Below, in pieces: positions 28,521-39,817 of a DNA stretch of 64,000 nucleotides. Source of the stretch: Pirellulales bacterium (GTDB lineage: Bacteria > Planctomycetota > Planctomycetia > Pirellulales > UBA1268); the NCBI GenBank assembly GCA_044342075.1, contig JBIIQM010000004.1, forward strand, positions 210 through 64,209. Direction: 5' to 3'. A program made the position numbers and the translations under genes. The notes beneath the pieces are model-generated. The model ran no database searches. It saw only the letters and a list, made by a program, of their open reading frames with translations, and had not been told where the DNA came from. The number at the start of each line of letters is the position of its first letter. Within the stretch, counting starts at the first letter, position 1.

Positions 28521-29309
28521 TCAGACTGGGGCGGAGGCGAACAGGTCGACCGGGATCTCGAAAGCCTCCTCGGCGGGCTCGTCGAGCCGGCACTCGATCC
28601 GCACGCCCCAGGGGAGGATCTCCGCGGCCGAGACGACGGCTTCCACGCCATCGTACTCGGTCGTGACCTCCACGGTGGGAGTCTGCGCGAACGGCGGACA
28701 GAATCCGACGTGGCCGTGGGCCGTGCGCGCCCCCTGCGGCACGGCGACCGCGATCCTGCCACGGAGGCAATCGGCGCCGGCCGAGTCGTAGCGCTCGAAC
28801 CGCTGGAGAAGATGGCCGGGAACAGGAGTCGCAGCGGCCGTTGCCGGCACGACCTCGCGGGCCTGCGCTGGCGGGTGCTCGAAATGCTCGATCACTGGCC
28901 GCGGCCGGCCGCTGCGCGGTCTGCCGGACGCGATCCACGGTCCGCCGATCACCGCCCCGGCGAAGACCGCTGCGGCCACAAACGCCACGCCGTCGAGCGG
29001 CGTCGCGAGCCGCAGCGGCAGGGCGAGCGCCGCCAGCGCCAAGACAAGGCCGGCGCGGGCCGCCAAGGGCCATGGCCCGCGGCCCACGGCGGCCACGCTC
29101 GCGAGCCCGTCGACCAGGAGCACGAGCGCGGCGCCGACGGCCGTGACGGCCAGCATGGTCGTGGCGACCGGCGGGTCGAATCCACCCGAGAGCCGACGCA
29201 GGCAGAGCGTGAGTCCGCTGGCGATGCAGGAGGCCGCGACGCAGCCGGCGGCCGCTCCGCAGAACGACCGTTCAAGCGCGCCTGCCGCCGACAGCGTTGG
29301 AAAAGCCAC
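28521..29309 (-). CDS. Hypothetical membrane protein
   Basis: 262 aa. Starts 6 nt after the metK stop. Several hydrophobic segments, then a soluble C-terminal domain. No motif recognised. Confidence 0.6.
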   Translation of the reverse strand: MAFPTLSAAGALERSFCGAAAGCVAASCIASGLTLCLRRLSGGFDPPVATTMLAVTAVGAALVLLVDGLASVAAVGRGPWPLAARAGLVLALAALALPLRLATPLDGVAFVAAAVFAGAVIGGPWIASGRPRSGRPRPVIEHFEHPPAQAREVVPATAAATPVPGHLLQRFERYDSAGADCLRGRIAVAVPQGARTAHGHVGFCPPFAQTPTVEVTTEYDGVEAVVSAAEILPWGVRIECRLDEPAEEAFEIPVDLFASAPV

Positions 29310-29315
29310 GCTCGA

Positions 29316-30494
<1,179 letters not shown>

Positions 30495-30581
30495 GGATGA
30501 CTGCCTTCTGCGTAAGGGTGACGGGCGGGGTTGGCGGCGCGCGGTGCGCCGGCCGGGGAACCGGCCGAGACGAAGTAGGGA

Positions 30582-31913
30582 TTATCGGGGGAGGCCGGTT
30601 TCTTGGCAACCGGCATGGTTCGACGGGGCCGCGGCGAGCCGTTGGAGGATGAGCCGCGCGGTCATGGCCGTGGCACCGCGTTTGGCCGCTACGGCCGCCG
30701 CCGCACGGCCTCCGAGATCCCGCGCCCGATCGGGGTCGTCGAGGCAGCGGCCGACGAAAGACGCGAGCGCCACGCCATCGGCGACGACCTCGGCGGCCCC
30801 GGCCTCGCGGAGCACGCGGACCTCGTCCTGAAAGTTGCGGGTGTGCGGCCCGAAGCAGACCGCCGCGCCATAGGCCGCGGGCTCGAGCATGTTTTGCCCG
30901 CCGCGCTTGCCATCGAGGCTGCCGCCGACGAAGGCGATCGTCGCCGTGCCCCACCACCAGCCAAGTTCTCCGGTGACATCGACCAGCAGCACGCGGGCGG
31001 CGGCCTCGGCGCCATCCCGGTCGAGAGCCGTCCGCCGCTGCCAGCGCAGGCCCGATTCATCCAGGAGCCCCGCGATCTCGCCGGCCCGCTCCACGTGCCG
31101 GGGCACGATCACCAGTCGCAGCCGGTGATGGCGGCCGGCGAGCGCGCGGAAGGCATCGATGGCGAATTGCTCCTCGGGCGCCTGCGTGCTGCCGGCGAGG
31201 AAGACGACGTCGCCGGCCGCGAACCCGGCGAGCCGCGCGAGCCGGCCGACGTCGGGGGCGGAACGATCCCCCTTCACGCCGTCGAATTTCATCGATCCGG
31301 TGACGGCGACATCGCGGGCTCCGAGCGTCCGAAACCGCCCGGCATCTGGCTCCGACCGGGCCGCCACGATGCCGACGCGGCCGAGCATCCGCCTGACCAA
31401 TGGCCGGATGCGGTTGTAGCCCGCGAAACTCCGCTCGCTCATCCGCGCGTTGGCCACGACGATCGGGATGCCGCGGGCGTGGGCGCAGGCGAGCAGGTTG
31501 GGCCAGAGCTCGAGTTCGCCGAGCACGAGCAGGTCGGGGCGGACGCGATCGAGCACCGCGTTCACCGCCCAGGTGAAGTCGAGCGGGCAGGGGAATGTGT
31601 GGTCAGCGCCGAATCGCTTCGCCGCCACCTCGAGGCCGGTGGTGGTGCTGCTCGAGATGACGCACTCGACCGGCTTGCCAGCGGCATCGGACTGCCTGCG
31701 AATCTCGGCGACGAGCGACGCGAGCAACTGCACTTCACCCACACTCACACCGTGCAGCCAGATCCGCGCCGCATCGGTGCGGGGCAGGGGAGTAATGCCA
31801 CCGGTCAATCGCGTCCAGGGCGCCGCCACAGGCCGTGCGCCCGAAAATTTACGCCAGGCCACCCAAGGCAGCGCGACGACGGCGACCAGCAAGTAGATAA
31901 CGTTCAGGAGCAT
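30582..31913 (-). CDS. waaA: 3-deoxy-D-manno-octulosonic acid (Kdo) transferase
   Basis: N-terminal anchor, WLHGVSVGEVQLL, ELELWPNLL, and a GT-B C-terminal half (FVGGSL...GGQNMLEPAA). Confidence 0.9.
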   Translation of the reverse strand: MLLNVIYLLVAVVALPWVAWRKFSGARPVAAPWTRLTGGITPLPRTDAARIWLHGVSVGEVQLLASLVAEIRRQSDAAGKPVECVISSSTTTGLEVAAKRFGADHTFPCPLDFTWAVNAVLDRVRPDLLVLGELELWPNLLACAHARGIPIVVANARMSERSFAGYNRIRPLVRRMLGRVGIVAARSEPDAGRFRTLGARDVAVTGSMKFDGVKGDRSAPDVGRLARLAGFAAGDVVFLAGSTQAPEEQFAIDAFRALAGRHHRLRLVIVPRHVERAGEIAGLLDESGLRWQRRTALDRDGAEAAARVLLVDVTGELGWWWGTATIAFVGGSLDGKRGGQNMLEPAAYGAAVCFGPHTRNFQDEVRVLREAGAAEVVADGVALASFVGRCLDDPDRARDLGGRAAAAVAAKRGATAMTARLILQRLAAAPSNHAGCQETGLPR

Positions 31914-31920
31914 CGAACTG

Positions 31921-32057
31921 GGGAGGCGAAGGGATCGGCGGAAGGTCGACGAGCGTTAGGAACTTTCGACCTTCTGAGGATTGAATCGCCGCAGGTCGTG
32001 GAAGGAGAAAGTTTCTCGGCGAGGCGACTTTTGCCGTCCCTGAGCCGGCGATTCACG
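31921..32057 (-). repeat. Repeat family D (inverted copy)
   Basis: The reverse complement aligns with 6866..6998. Lies between the secA stop and the waaA start. Confidence 0.85.
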
Positions 32058-32072
32058 TCAGGCGCACGCGCA

Positions 32073-35000
32073 CTAGGCCGTGGCAACTCCCGACGACTTG
32101 CCGCAGCAGTTCTTGAACTTCTTGCCGCTGCCGCACGGGCAGGGGTCGTTGCGGCCGACCTTCGTGCCGAGGTTGCGGATCGGCTCGACGTTGGCGTCGG
32201 CAGCCTGCGAAGGCGGGGCGGCTGGTGACGGAGACTGCGCGGCCAATTCCGCGGCCGAGGGCGCCTCGGCGTGGATCGCGGCGGTCTCGCGGAACGTGCT
32301 CTTGAGCGCCTCGTCCTCCACCTGCTCGATCCGGTAGACGATGTCGGTGACCCGTTCGTCGATTCCCTTCCACATCAGGTCGAAGGTCCGCATGCCCTCG
32401 CGCTTGTATTCCACCTTCGGGTCGACCTGGGCATAGCCGCGGAGGCCGACGCTCGCCCGCAGGTGATCCATGGCGAGCAGGTGGTCCTTCCAGGCGTTGT
32501 CGAGGATCTGGAGGACGACGGCTCGCTCCATCCGCTTCATGTCGTCGCCATAACGGTCGGCTCGGGCCGCGTAGACCTCGCGGGCCTTCCGGCGGACGAT
32601 CCGTTTGAAAGCCTCGGCATCGTGCCCAGCGTGTTCCGACTCGCGCAACTCCTGGTCGTCGAGCGGTGCGCCAAACCGCCATTCCGTCCAGCCGCAGGCG
32701 CTCTTGAGACCGAAGTCCGGCGCGAGGAAGCGGGCGCCTTCGGAGAGGTCGATCCGATGGATCGCCTCGCGGGCCTTGTCCTGGAGAAACTCCGCCACGC
32801 CGGACCGGCCCACCCGCTTGAGATCGCGGTCGTTGACGGAGACCTTCCATCGCGTGTTGGCGAACGAGGCGAGGGCCGACCAATTCCACTCGCTCTCGTC
32901 CTCGCCGTCGGGGAGATTTTCCTCGACCGCCTCGAAGATCTGCGATTCCGACTGCCGCACCGCCTCGTCGCCGGCCAGCCGCTCCGCCTCCTCCGGCGAC
33001 ATGCCGCGGAAATCGTTGCCGTCGAGCTCGCAGGCGAGTTGCCCGGAGGCCCAGCTGGCGAACGACTGCGGGCCGTAGTCCTTGTCGAGGAACGTGCCGA
33101 TGTTTTCTTCGATCTGCCGGTCGACCATGTCGAGGATGAGCTCGCGGCAGTCGGCCCCGTCGAGGATTCGCTGGCGAAAGCCGTAGACCCGCTTCCGCTG
33201 CTCGTCCATCACTTCGTCGTATTCGAGGAGATTCTTGCGGACCTCGAAGTTGCGCTCCTCGACCTTCTTCTGCGCGGCCTCGACGCGGCGGGTGACCATG
33301 CGGCTCTCGATGGCCTCGCCATCCTGCATGCCGAGCCGCGTGAGCACGTTCTTCACCCACTCGCCGGCGAAGATCCGCATCAGGTCGTCTTCGAGCGAGA
33401 GAAAGAACCGGCTCGAACCCGGGTCGCCCTGCCGGCCGCAGCGGCCGCGGAGCTGGAGGTCGATCCGCCGCGCCTCGTGTCGTTCGGTGCCGATGATGTG
33501 GAGGCCGCCCATGCCGCGGACCTTCTCCCCCTCAGGCTTCATGTTTTCCTTCTCGGAGATCTCGCGGACGAGCGCCTCCCATTCGGCGTGCGGCACGTCG
33601 AGCCGCGTCGCATATGTGTCCTGGAGCTTGGCCCATACGAGCGTGTCGGGATTGCCGCCGAGGATGATGTCGGTGCCGCGGCCGGCCATGTTGGTGGCGA
33701 TCGTCACGGCGGCGAGCCGGCCGGCTTGCGCGATGATCTCGGCCTCCCGCTTGTGGTGCTTGGCATTCAAGACCTGGTGGTCGACGCCCCGCTTCTCGAG
33801 CAGCTCGGAGAGCCGCTCGCTCTTTTCGATCGACACGGTGCCGACGAGCACCGGGCATCCGCGGCGCTCGATCTGCTTGACCTTGTCGCGCGGGATCGTC
33901 TCGGCGTCGCGGGAGCCCTTCGGCTCGAATTCGAGCGACGACTCCGTCTCCTTGACGATCTTTCCGATTCGCCACGAGCCATCGGTCATGGCGAGCGTGT
34001 CGAAGCGGTGGAGCCGCTCCACCTCGTCGGCCACCGCGATCCACTTCTCCCGCTCGGTGCGGTAGATGACGTCCGGATGGTTGATCCGCTTCATGCCGCG
34101 GTTGGGCGGGATGGCGATCACGTCGAGCTTGTAGATCTTCCAGAATTCGCTCGCCTCGGTCATGGCCGTGCCGGTCATGCCGCCGAGCTTCTTGTAGAGC
34201 TTGAAGAAGTTTTGCAGCGTGACGGTGGCGAGGGTCTGCGACTCCTCCTTCACCTTCACCCCCTCCTTCGCCTCCACCGCCTGGTGGAGGCCGTCGGACC
34301 ACTGCCGGCCCGGCATCAGGCGGCCGGTGAATTCGTCGACGATCACCACCTCGCCGTTCTGCACGACGTAGTTTACGTCGCGCTTATACAGATAGTGGGC
34401 CTTGAGGGAGTTGTCGATGAGGTGGGGCCACTCCATGTTGCCCGCGGTGTAGAAGCTCTCCACGTCGGCGAGCTTCTCGGCCAGCCGCACGCCTTCCTCG
34501 GTGAGGGCGACGGTGTGCTCCTTCTCCTTCACCTCGAAGTGGGTGTCGGCCTTGAGCTGGCGGGCGATCTGGTCGGCCTTGGAGTATTTCGTGACGTCGT
34601 CGTGGGCAGGGCCGGAGATGATCAGCGGCGTACGGGCCTCGTCGATGAGGATGTTGTCGACCTCGTCTACGATCGCGAAGTTGAGGAAGCCCTGGCTCTG
34701 CTGCATGTGCTTCGGGAAGCGGTCGTCGCCGCGGGAAGCCATCCGCATGTTGTCGCGGAGGTAGTCGAAGCCGAATTCGTTGTTGGTGCCGTAGGTGATG
34801 TCGCAGGCATAGGCCTTCTGCCGCTCGCCGGAATCCATGCCCGACTGGATCGCGCCCACGGTGAGGCCGAGGCCCATGTAGAGCGGCCCCATCCACTCCA
34901 TGTCGCGGCGGGCGAGGTAGTCGTTCACGGTGACCACGTGCACGCCCTTCCCCTCGATCGCATTCAGGTAGGCCGGCAGCGTGGCGACGAGCGTCTTGCC

Positions 35001-35378
35001 CTCGCCCGTGATCATCTCGGCGATCGCCCCCGAGTGGAGCACCATGCCGCCGATCAGCTGGACGTCGTAGTGCCGCATGCCGAGGAACCGCTTGCCTCCC
35101 TCGCGGCAGACGGCGAAGGCCTCGACCAGGATGTCGTCGAGGGTTTCACCCGCCTCGAGCCGCCGCCGGAAGTCGGCGGTCTGGCCGCGGAGCTCCGCGT
35201 CGGTCATCGCCTGGTACTTCGGCTCGAGCGAGTTGATCGCCTCGATCTTCGGCTCGAGCCGGCGGATGTAGCGGGCGTTGGACGAGCCGAACAGGCCGGT
35301 CAGGGCCCGCTCCAGCCGCGAGCCGGCGCCGGCGGCGACGTTGGAGAGACCATCCCAGAGACGTTCGAGCTGTTGCAT
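32073..35378 (-). CDS. secA: Preprotein translocase ATPase SecA
   Basis: 1101 aa. MRHYDVQLIGG, GEGKTLVATLPAYLNA, DEVDNILIDEARTPLIISG. C-terminal zinc motif CPCGSGKKFKNCC. Confidence 0.97.
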   Translation of the reverse strand: MQQLERLWDGLSNVAAGAGSRLERALTGLFGSSNARYIRRLEPKIEAINSLEPKYQAMTDAELRGQTADFRRRLEAGETLDDILVEAFAVCREGGKRFLGMRHYDVQLIGGMVLHSGAIAEMITGEGKTLVATLPAYLNAIEGKGVHVVTVNDYLARRDMEWMGPLYMGLGLTVGAIQSGMDSGERQKAYACDITYGTNNEFGFDYLRDNMRMASRGDDRFPKHMQQSQGFLNFAIVDEVDNILIDEARTPLIISGPAHDDVTKYSKADQIARQLKADTHFEVKEKEHTVALTEEGVRLAEKLADVESFYTAGNMEWPHLIDNSLKAHYLYKRDVNYVVQNGEVVIVDEFTGRLMPGRQWSDGLHQAVEAKEGVKVKEESQTLATVTLQNFFKLYKKLGGMTGTAMTEASEFWKIYKLDVIAIPPNRGMKRINHPDVIYRTEREKWIAVADEVERLHRFDTLAMTDGSWRIGKIVKETESSLEFEPKGSRDAETIPRDKVKQIERRGCPVLVGTVSIEKSERLSELLEKRGVDHQVLNAKHHKREAEIIAQAGRLAAVTIATNMAGRGTDIILGGNPDTLVWAKLQDTYATRLDVPHAEWEALVREISEKENMKPEGEKVRGMGGLHIIGTERHEARRIDLQLRGRCGRQGDPGSSRFFLSLEDDLMRIFAGEWVKNVLTRLGMQDGEAIESRMVTRRVEAAQKKVEERNFEVRKNLLEYDEVMDEQRKRVYGFRQRILDGADCRELILDMVDRQIEENIGTFLDKDYGPQSFASWASGQLACELDGNDFRGMSPEEAERLAGDEAVRQSESQIFEAVEENLPDGEDESEWNWSALASFANTRWKVSVNDRDLKRVGRSGVAEFLQDKAREAIHRIDLSEGARFLAPDFGLKSACGWTEWRFGAPLDDQELRESEHAGHDAEAFKRIVRRKAREVYAARADRYGDDMKRMERAVVLQILDNAWKDHLLAMDHLRASVGLRGYAQVDPKVEYKREGMRTFDLMWKGIDERVTDIVYRIEQVEDEALKSTFRETAAIHAEAPSAAELAAQSPSPAAPPSQAADANVEPIRNLGTKVGRNDPCPCGSGKKFKNCCGKSSGVATA

Positions 35379-35533
35379 GGATTCGGCAGGCGGGCAGGGC
35401 GGGGCAGGAATGCGAGACGTTCAAAACATTGTCGCGGCGGGCTGCGGCAGGGGTCAAGGCGATCTCGGGCGGGTAGACTCTTCGCGGCCGCAGCGGCGTG
35501 TGGACGCCGCGTGGTGGAAAGCCGGCAGCTCCG

Positions 35534-36337
35534 ATGAATCAGGAACGTTTTCGCGACCTCTCCGGGCAGCTGCTCTTCCTCGGCACGGGCACGAGCGTGG
35601 GTGTGCCCGTGGTGGGCTGCTCGTGCCCGACCTGCACGAGCGCCGATCCGCGAAACAGCCGCACGCGGACGAGCGTGGCGATCGGTCTCCCCGGCGGCAC
35701 GCTCTTGATCGACACCACGCCCGACCTCCGCAGCCAGCTCCTGCGAGAACGGATCGGCCGCGTCCACGCGATCCTCTACACGCACGACCACGTGGACCAC
35801 GTCTACGGCCTCGACGATGTGCGGCCCATCTGCTTCGCCTCCGGCGGCCCGATTCCCGTGCTCTGCGAGGAACGCGTTGAAAACCGGATCCGCCGGGCCT
35901 TCGACTACGCGTTTCAGCCCATGCCGGTGCCGGGGGGCGGCGTCCCGAAGATCGAGTTCCAGCGGATCACGACCGATCCCTTCACGCTGCTCGGTGCCCG
36001 CGTCGTGCCGCTGCGGCTGCGGCACGGCGTCTTCGACGTGCTCGGCTTCCGGTTCGGCGACCTCGCCTACTGCACCGACACCAACGAGATTCCCGACGCC
36101 ACCTGGCCGCTGCTCGAGGGGCTCGACACGCTCGTGCTCGACTGCCTGCGGCCCTCCCGTCACCCGACCCACTTCTCGCTCGACGAGGCGGTCGCCGTGG
36201 CCCGGCGCGTGAACGCCCGCCGCACGCTCTTTGTCCACATGTCGCACGACATCGAGCACGCGGCCGTCTCCGCCGCGCTGCCGCCGGGTGTGGAGATCGC
36301 CTACGACGGCCTCGCCGTGCCACTGGTTGGCGCGTAA
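35534..36337 (+). CDS. MBL-fold metallo-hydrolase (PhnP/GPP-like)
   Basis: ATG at 35534. LFLGTGTSVGVP...CSCPTC zinc knuckle, then the YTHDHVDH metallo-beta-lactamase motif. Confidence 0.8.
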   Translation: MNQERFRDLSGQLLFLGTGTSVGVPVVGCSCPTCTSADPRNSRTRTSVAIGLPGGTLLIDTTPDLRSQLLRERIGRVHAILYTHDHVDHVYGLDDVRPICFASGGPIPVLCEERVENRIRRAFDYAFQPMPVPGGGVPKIEFQRITTDPFTLLGARVVPLRLRHGVFDVLGFRFGDLAYCTDTNEIPDATWPLLEGLDTLVLDCLRPSRHPTHFSLDEAVAVARRVNARRTLFVHMSHDIEHAAVSAALPPGVEIAYDGLAVPLVGA

Positions 36338-37408
36338 TCAGGCCGGCGCGATTTCGTGGGAGAGCGTCGCGAGGGCGCCGAGCCTGCCCGCGGCAGCGCC
36401 TGAATCGATCGCCGCCTCCGCGAGGCCGCGGGCTGCGGGCAGATCGGCCGCGCTGCCGGCCGCCCAGAGGATCGTCGCTGCATTCAAGACCACGATGTCG
36501 CGCCGTGGGCCGCGGCTGCCAGAGAGCACGTCGCGGATCGCGGCGGCGCTCTCGGCCGGGTTCGACACCAGCAATTCCTCCATCGCGGCGACGGGCGCCA
36601 TCGGAATTCCGAAATCGTCCGGCGTCCAGCGATGGGTTGCTTTCCCACCGGCTGACACGTCGATCACCTCGGTCGGCCCGAAGAGGCTCACTTCGTCGAA
36701 TGCCCGTGCTGCGTCTCCCGCGATCGTGCCCGAGACGACGAGCGCCCGCTTCGCGCCGAGCATCATCGCCGCCTGCGCCATCGGCTCCCGCGCGGAGGGG
36801 CGGCCCACGCCGATCACCTGCACGTTGGCGCCGGCTGGATTGCAAAGCGGCCCGACGAGATTGAACACCGTCGGCCGGCCGAGCGATTTCCGCAGCGGCC
36901 CCACGCGGGCCATCGCCGGATGGTGGACCGGGGCGAGGCAGAAGCAGAGGCCGATTCGCTCGAGGCACCGCGCGGCCACCGCCGGCGGCGCATCGATCTT
37001 CACGCCGAGCGATTCGAGCACGTCGCCCGAGCCGGTGCGGCTCGAGACGGCCCGGTTGCCGTGCTTCGCCACCGCCAGGCCCGCGGCCGACGCGACGATC
37101 GCCGCCGCAGTGGAGATGTTGAACGAGCCCGAGCCGTCGCCGCCGGTGCCGCAGGTATCGGCCACGATCGGCAGGGCATGCGCGACGGGCAGCATCCGCG
37201 CCCGTAAAGCGGCCGCCACGCCGGCGATCTCGTCGGCCGATTCGCCAAGGTCGGCGAGGGCCACGAGCCAGCGGCCGAAGGAGTCGAGGTCGACGGTGCC
37301 GGCGAGCACCCCCTCCACGAACTGCCGCGTCGCCTCGCTCGAGGCATGGTCGCCCCGGCGCAGTCGCGCCACGCTCGTGTCGATGTCGCTCTCCAGGGGG
37401 CTATTCAA
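36338..37408 (-). CDS. trpD: Anthranilate phosphoribosyltransferase
   Basis: CGTGGDGSGSFNISTAA and KHGNRAVSSRTGSGDVLE motifs. There is no ATG near the expected N-terminus, so the in-frame TTG at 37408 was chosen (uncertain). The stop abuts the convergent MBL gene's stop. Confidence 0.82.
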   Translation of the reverse strand: MNSPLESDIDTSVARLRRGDHASSEATRQFVEGVLAGTVDLDSFGRWLVALADLGESADEIAGVAAALRARMLPVAHALPIVADTCGTGGDGSGSFNISTAAAIVASAAGLAVAKHGNRAVSSRTGSGDVLESLGVKIDAPPAVAARCLERIGLCFCLAPVHHPAMARVGPLRKSLGRPTVFNLVGPLCNPAGANVQVIGVGRPSAREPMAQAAMMLGAKRALVVSGTIAGDAARAFDEVSLFGPTEVIDVSAGGKATHRWTPDDFGIPMAPVAAMEELLVSNPAESAAAIRDVLSGSRGPRRDIVVLNAATILWAAGSAADLPAARGLAEAAIDSGAAAGRLGALATLSHEIAPA

Positions 37409-37502
37409 GGAAATCTCGCTGTTCGGAATGCTTCGTGCCGGGACGATCGGCGTGGAGTACCATTTGAGCGTACCACGCCCCCAACTCGGAGACCCCCGAC
37501 AC

Positions 37503-38441
37503 GTGCCTCGCAAGGTGATCCTCGACGTCGATCCGGGCATCGACGATGCCGTGGCGCTCGTCATGGCCCTTTTCGATCCGCGGCTCGAGGTCCTGGCCGT
37601 GACGGCGACCGGGGGCAACGTGCCTCCGGAACAGGCGACGGCCAACCTGCAGTCCCTGGTCGGCCTGCTCGATCCGCCGCGGCTTCCCCGCCTCGGCATC
37701 GCGCCCACCGACACGGTCCTTCCCGAGCGGCCGTTCAACATGCATGGCGCCGACGGTCTCGGCGGCATCGATCTGCCGCGGGTGCAGCTCCACGGCGGCC
37801 ATGCCTCCGAGAAGGTGATCTGGGAGACGCTCAGGGCCCATCCCCGCGAGATCACGTTCGTCGCGCTGGGGCCGCTCACGAACCTGTCGCGGGTGCTCGC
37901 CCGCGATCCGTCGATCGCCGAACTCATCGGCGACGTGATCGTGGCCGGCGGCACGGTGCAGGGAACGGGCAACGTCACGCCCGCCGTCGATTTCAATTTC
38001 TACTGCGACGCGCGGTCCGCCCGCCACATCGTGCGGGAGCCGATCACGAAGACGCTCGTGCCGCTCGAGACCACTGGTCAGGTGGTCTTCGGCTTCGACC
38101 TGCTCGACCAACTGCCGGACGAATCATCGCGGGCGGGGCTCATCCTGCGCCGCATGCTGCCGCACACGTTTCGCGCGCATCGGCAGCTGCTCGGGAGCGA
38201 AGGGATCAGCCTGCACGACGTCGTGGCATTGGTCGCGGTGACCAACCCCGAGCTCTTCGAGCGCACGACAGTGGCGGCCGACGTGGAGACCAAAGGCGAG
38301 ATCACCACCGGCATGCTGGTGGTCGATCGCCGCACCGTGCGGCAGTGGCGGCCGAATCTGGACCTGCTCGTCGGCTGCGACGTGGTGGCCGTGAAGGACT
38401 GCATCCTTCGCGGTCTGGCCGCCGCGGCGGCGGGGACGTGA
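37503..38441 (+). CDS. Inosine/uridine-preferring nucleoside hydrolase
   Basis: The GTG at 37503 gives VPRKVILDVDPGIDDAVAL, the canonical DxDxxxDD N-terminus. An alternative ATG at 37428 would leave only 19 nt to trpD. Confidence 0.85.
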   Translation: MPRKVILDVDPGIDDAVALVMALFDPRLEVLAVTATGGNVPPEQATANLQSLVGLLDPPRLPRLGIAPTDTVLPERPFNMHGADGLGGIDLPRVQLHGGHASEKVIWETLRAHPREITFVALGPLTNLSRVLARDPSIAELIGDVIVAGGTVQGTGNVTPAVDFNFYCDARSARHIVREPITKTLVPLETTGQVVFGFDLLDQLPDESSRAGLILRRMLPHTFRAHRQLLGSEGISLHDVVALVAVTNPELFERTTVAADVETKGEITTGMLVVDRRTVRQWRPNLDLLVGCDVVAVKDCILRGLAAAAAGT

Positions 38442-38444
38442 CCG

Positions 38445-38519
38445 GTAGGATAGGCTTCAGCCTGTCGTGACGTTTGGCAGGCTGAAACTCACTACGGGGC
38501 AGGCTGAAGCCTACCCTAC
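38445..38519. repeat. REP family A cluster (subtype A2; +, degenerate -, -)
   Basis: gtaggataggcttcagcctgtc (38445..38466), ggcaggctgaaactcactac (38476..38495), ggcaggctgaagcctaccctac (38498..38519). The htrA-like stop CTA (38516..38518) is inside the last unit. Confidence 0.88.
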
Positions 38520-39739
38520 CTTTCAAATTGTTCGCGGCTGGCGACGGGCAGCTGGAGCTCGATCCGCTCGCGGTTGCGAAACACGCCGAGCGACACGGTG
38601 CGGCTGGTCGGCGTGACGCTCACCAGGCTCACGAGATGGTCGTCGTCTTCGATCGGCGTGCCGTCGAACTCGATGATCACGTCGTCGGGCAGGATGCCGG
38701 CGGCGTCGGCGGGCGAACCCTTCGTGACGCCCGACACGCGGGCTCCCACGGCCCGCACCATCCCGAGCCGCTGGGCCGTGCGCTGCGTGAAGATGCGGTC
38801 GAGCGTGACGCCGAGGTAGGCCCGCGACACCGTGCCGGTCTCCACCAACTGCCGCGTGACGAACATCACCATCGACATCGGGATCGCGAAACCGATCCCC
38901 TCGCTGCCGCCGGAGTTGCTGGCAATCGCCGTATTGAGTCCGACCACCTCGCCGCGGAGGTTCACCAGTGGCCCGCCGCTGTTGCCCGGGTTGATCGCCG
39001 CGTCGGTCTGGATGAAATCCTGAAACCGCACCCCCTCCTCGCCCAGTTCGAGATCGCGGCGGCCCTTGGCCGACACGATGCCGAGCGTGACGGAGTGGGA
39101 GAGGCCGAAGGGGCTGCCGACCGCGAGCACGGTGTCGCCGATCTGGACGGGATCCTTCTCCGCGAGCCGGGCCGGCACGAGATCGTCGGCCTGGATTTCC
39201 ATCAACGCGATGTCGGTGCTCGAGTCGGACCAGAGCCGGAGCGGATTGATTTCGCGGCCGTCGTCGAGCCGGATCGTGATGTTGTCGAGATCGGCCCGAT
39301 TGATGACGTGGCGGTTGGTGATCACGACCATGCGGCCAGCCACCTCGGCGATCACGCCGGAGCCGGCCTCGTCTTCGCTGGCCTTGCCGTTCTTCGGCCG
39401 CAGCGACGGCTTCTTCGTGTCGATGTGGACGACCGTGGGGCGGACGAGCTGCGTGAGACGCCGCAGCTGCGCGCTTTGCCGCTCGAGGAGCTCGGCATCG
39501 CGCTCGACTTGGGCGTAGAGCCGATCCCGCTCGGCGGCCGAGAGCCGGGCCGGACGGATGGGGTCGATCCGCGTCGACTCAACGCGGGGCGCCGCCGCTC
39601 GGCTCGGCGCCGGAGAGGCGGGGGGCGCGATCGGCGCGAGCGGCACGGGCGCCTCGTCCGCCACGGCGAACGTGGGAGCCCCGAGCAGGAACACGATCCA
39701 GAGGCGAGTGGTGAAACGATGGCTGCGGGGGACGGGCAT
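38516..39739 (-). CDS. HtrA/DegP-family serine protease with PDZ domain
   Basis: Signal peptide. Catalytic His region (VITNRHVI), D (TDIALM) and GNSGGPLVN serine motif. C-terminal PDZ. Confidence 0.9.
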   Translation of the reverse strand: MPVPRSHRFTTRLWIVFLLGAPTFAVADEAPVPLAPIAPPASPAPSRAAAPRVESTRIDPIRPARLSAAERDRLYAQVERDAELLERQSAQLRRLTQLVRPTVVHIDTKKPSLRPKNGKASEDEAGSGVIAEVAGRMVVITNRHVINRADLDNITIRLDDGREINPLRLWSDSSTDIALMEIQADDLVPARLAEKDPVQIGDTVLAVGSPFGLSHSVTLGIVSAKGRRDLELGEEGVRFQDFIQTDAAINPGNSGGPLVNLRGEVVGLNTAIASNSGGSEGIGFAIPMSMVMFVTRQLVETGTVSRAYLGVTLDRIFTQRTAQRLGMVRAVGARVSGVTKGSPADAAGILPDDVIIEFDGTPIEDDDHLVSLVSVTPTSRTVSLGVFRNRERIELQLPVASREQFER

Positions 39740-39817
39740 GGAGTCGCGCTCACGAAGGTTCAGAATCGCTCGCGCTCAGCATACCCGAACCCTCGCGAAT
39801 CGAGGCCGGACGGATGC

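Noticed and set aside
30495-30581. Possible SAM riboswitch in the 87-nt leader of metK.
   Set aside because: I could not recognise any SAM-I, SAM-II, SAM-IV or SAM-V consensus features. The region only shows a GC hairpin (ggccgg-ttcc-ccggcc) just after the waaA stop. An Rfam/Infernal scan would be decisive.
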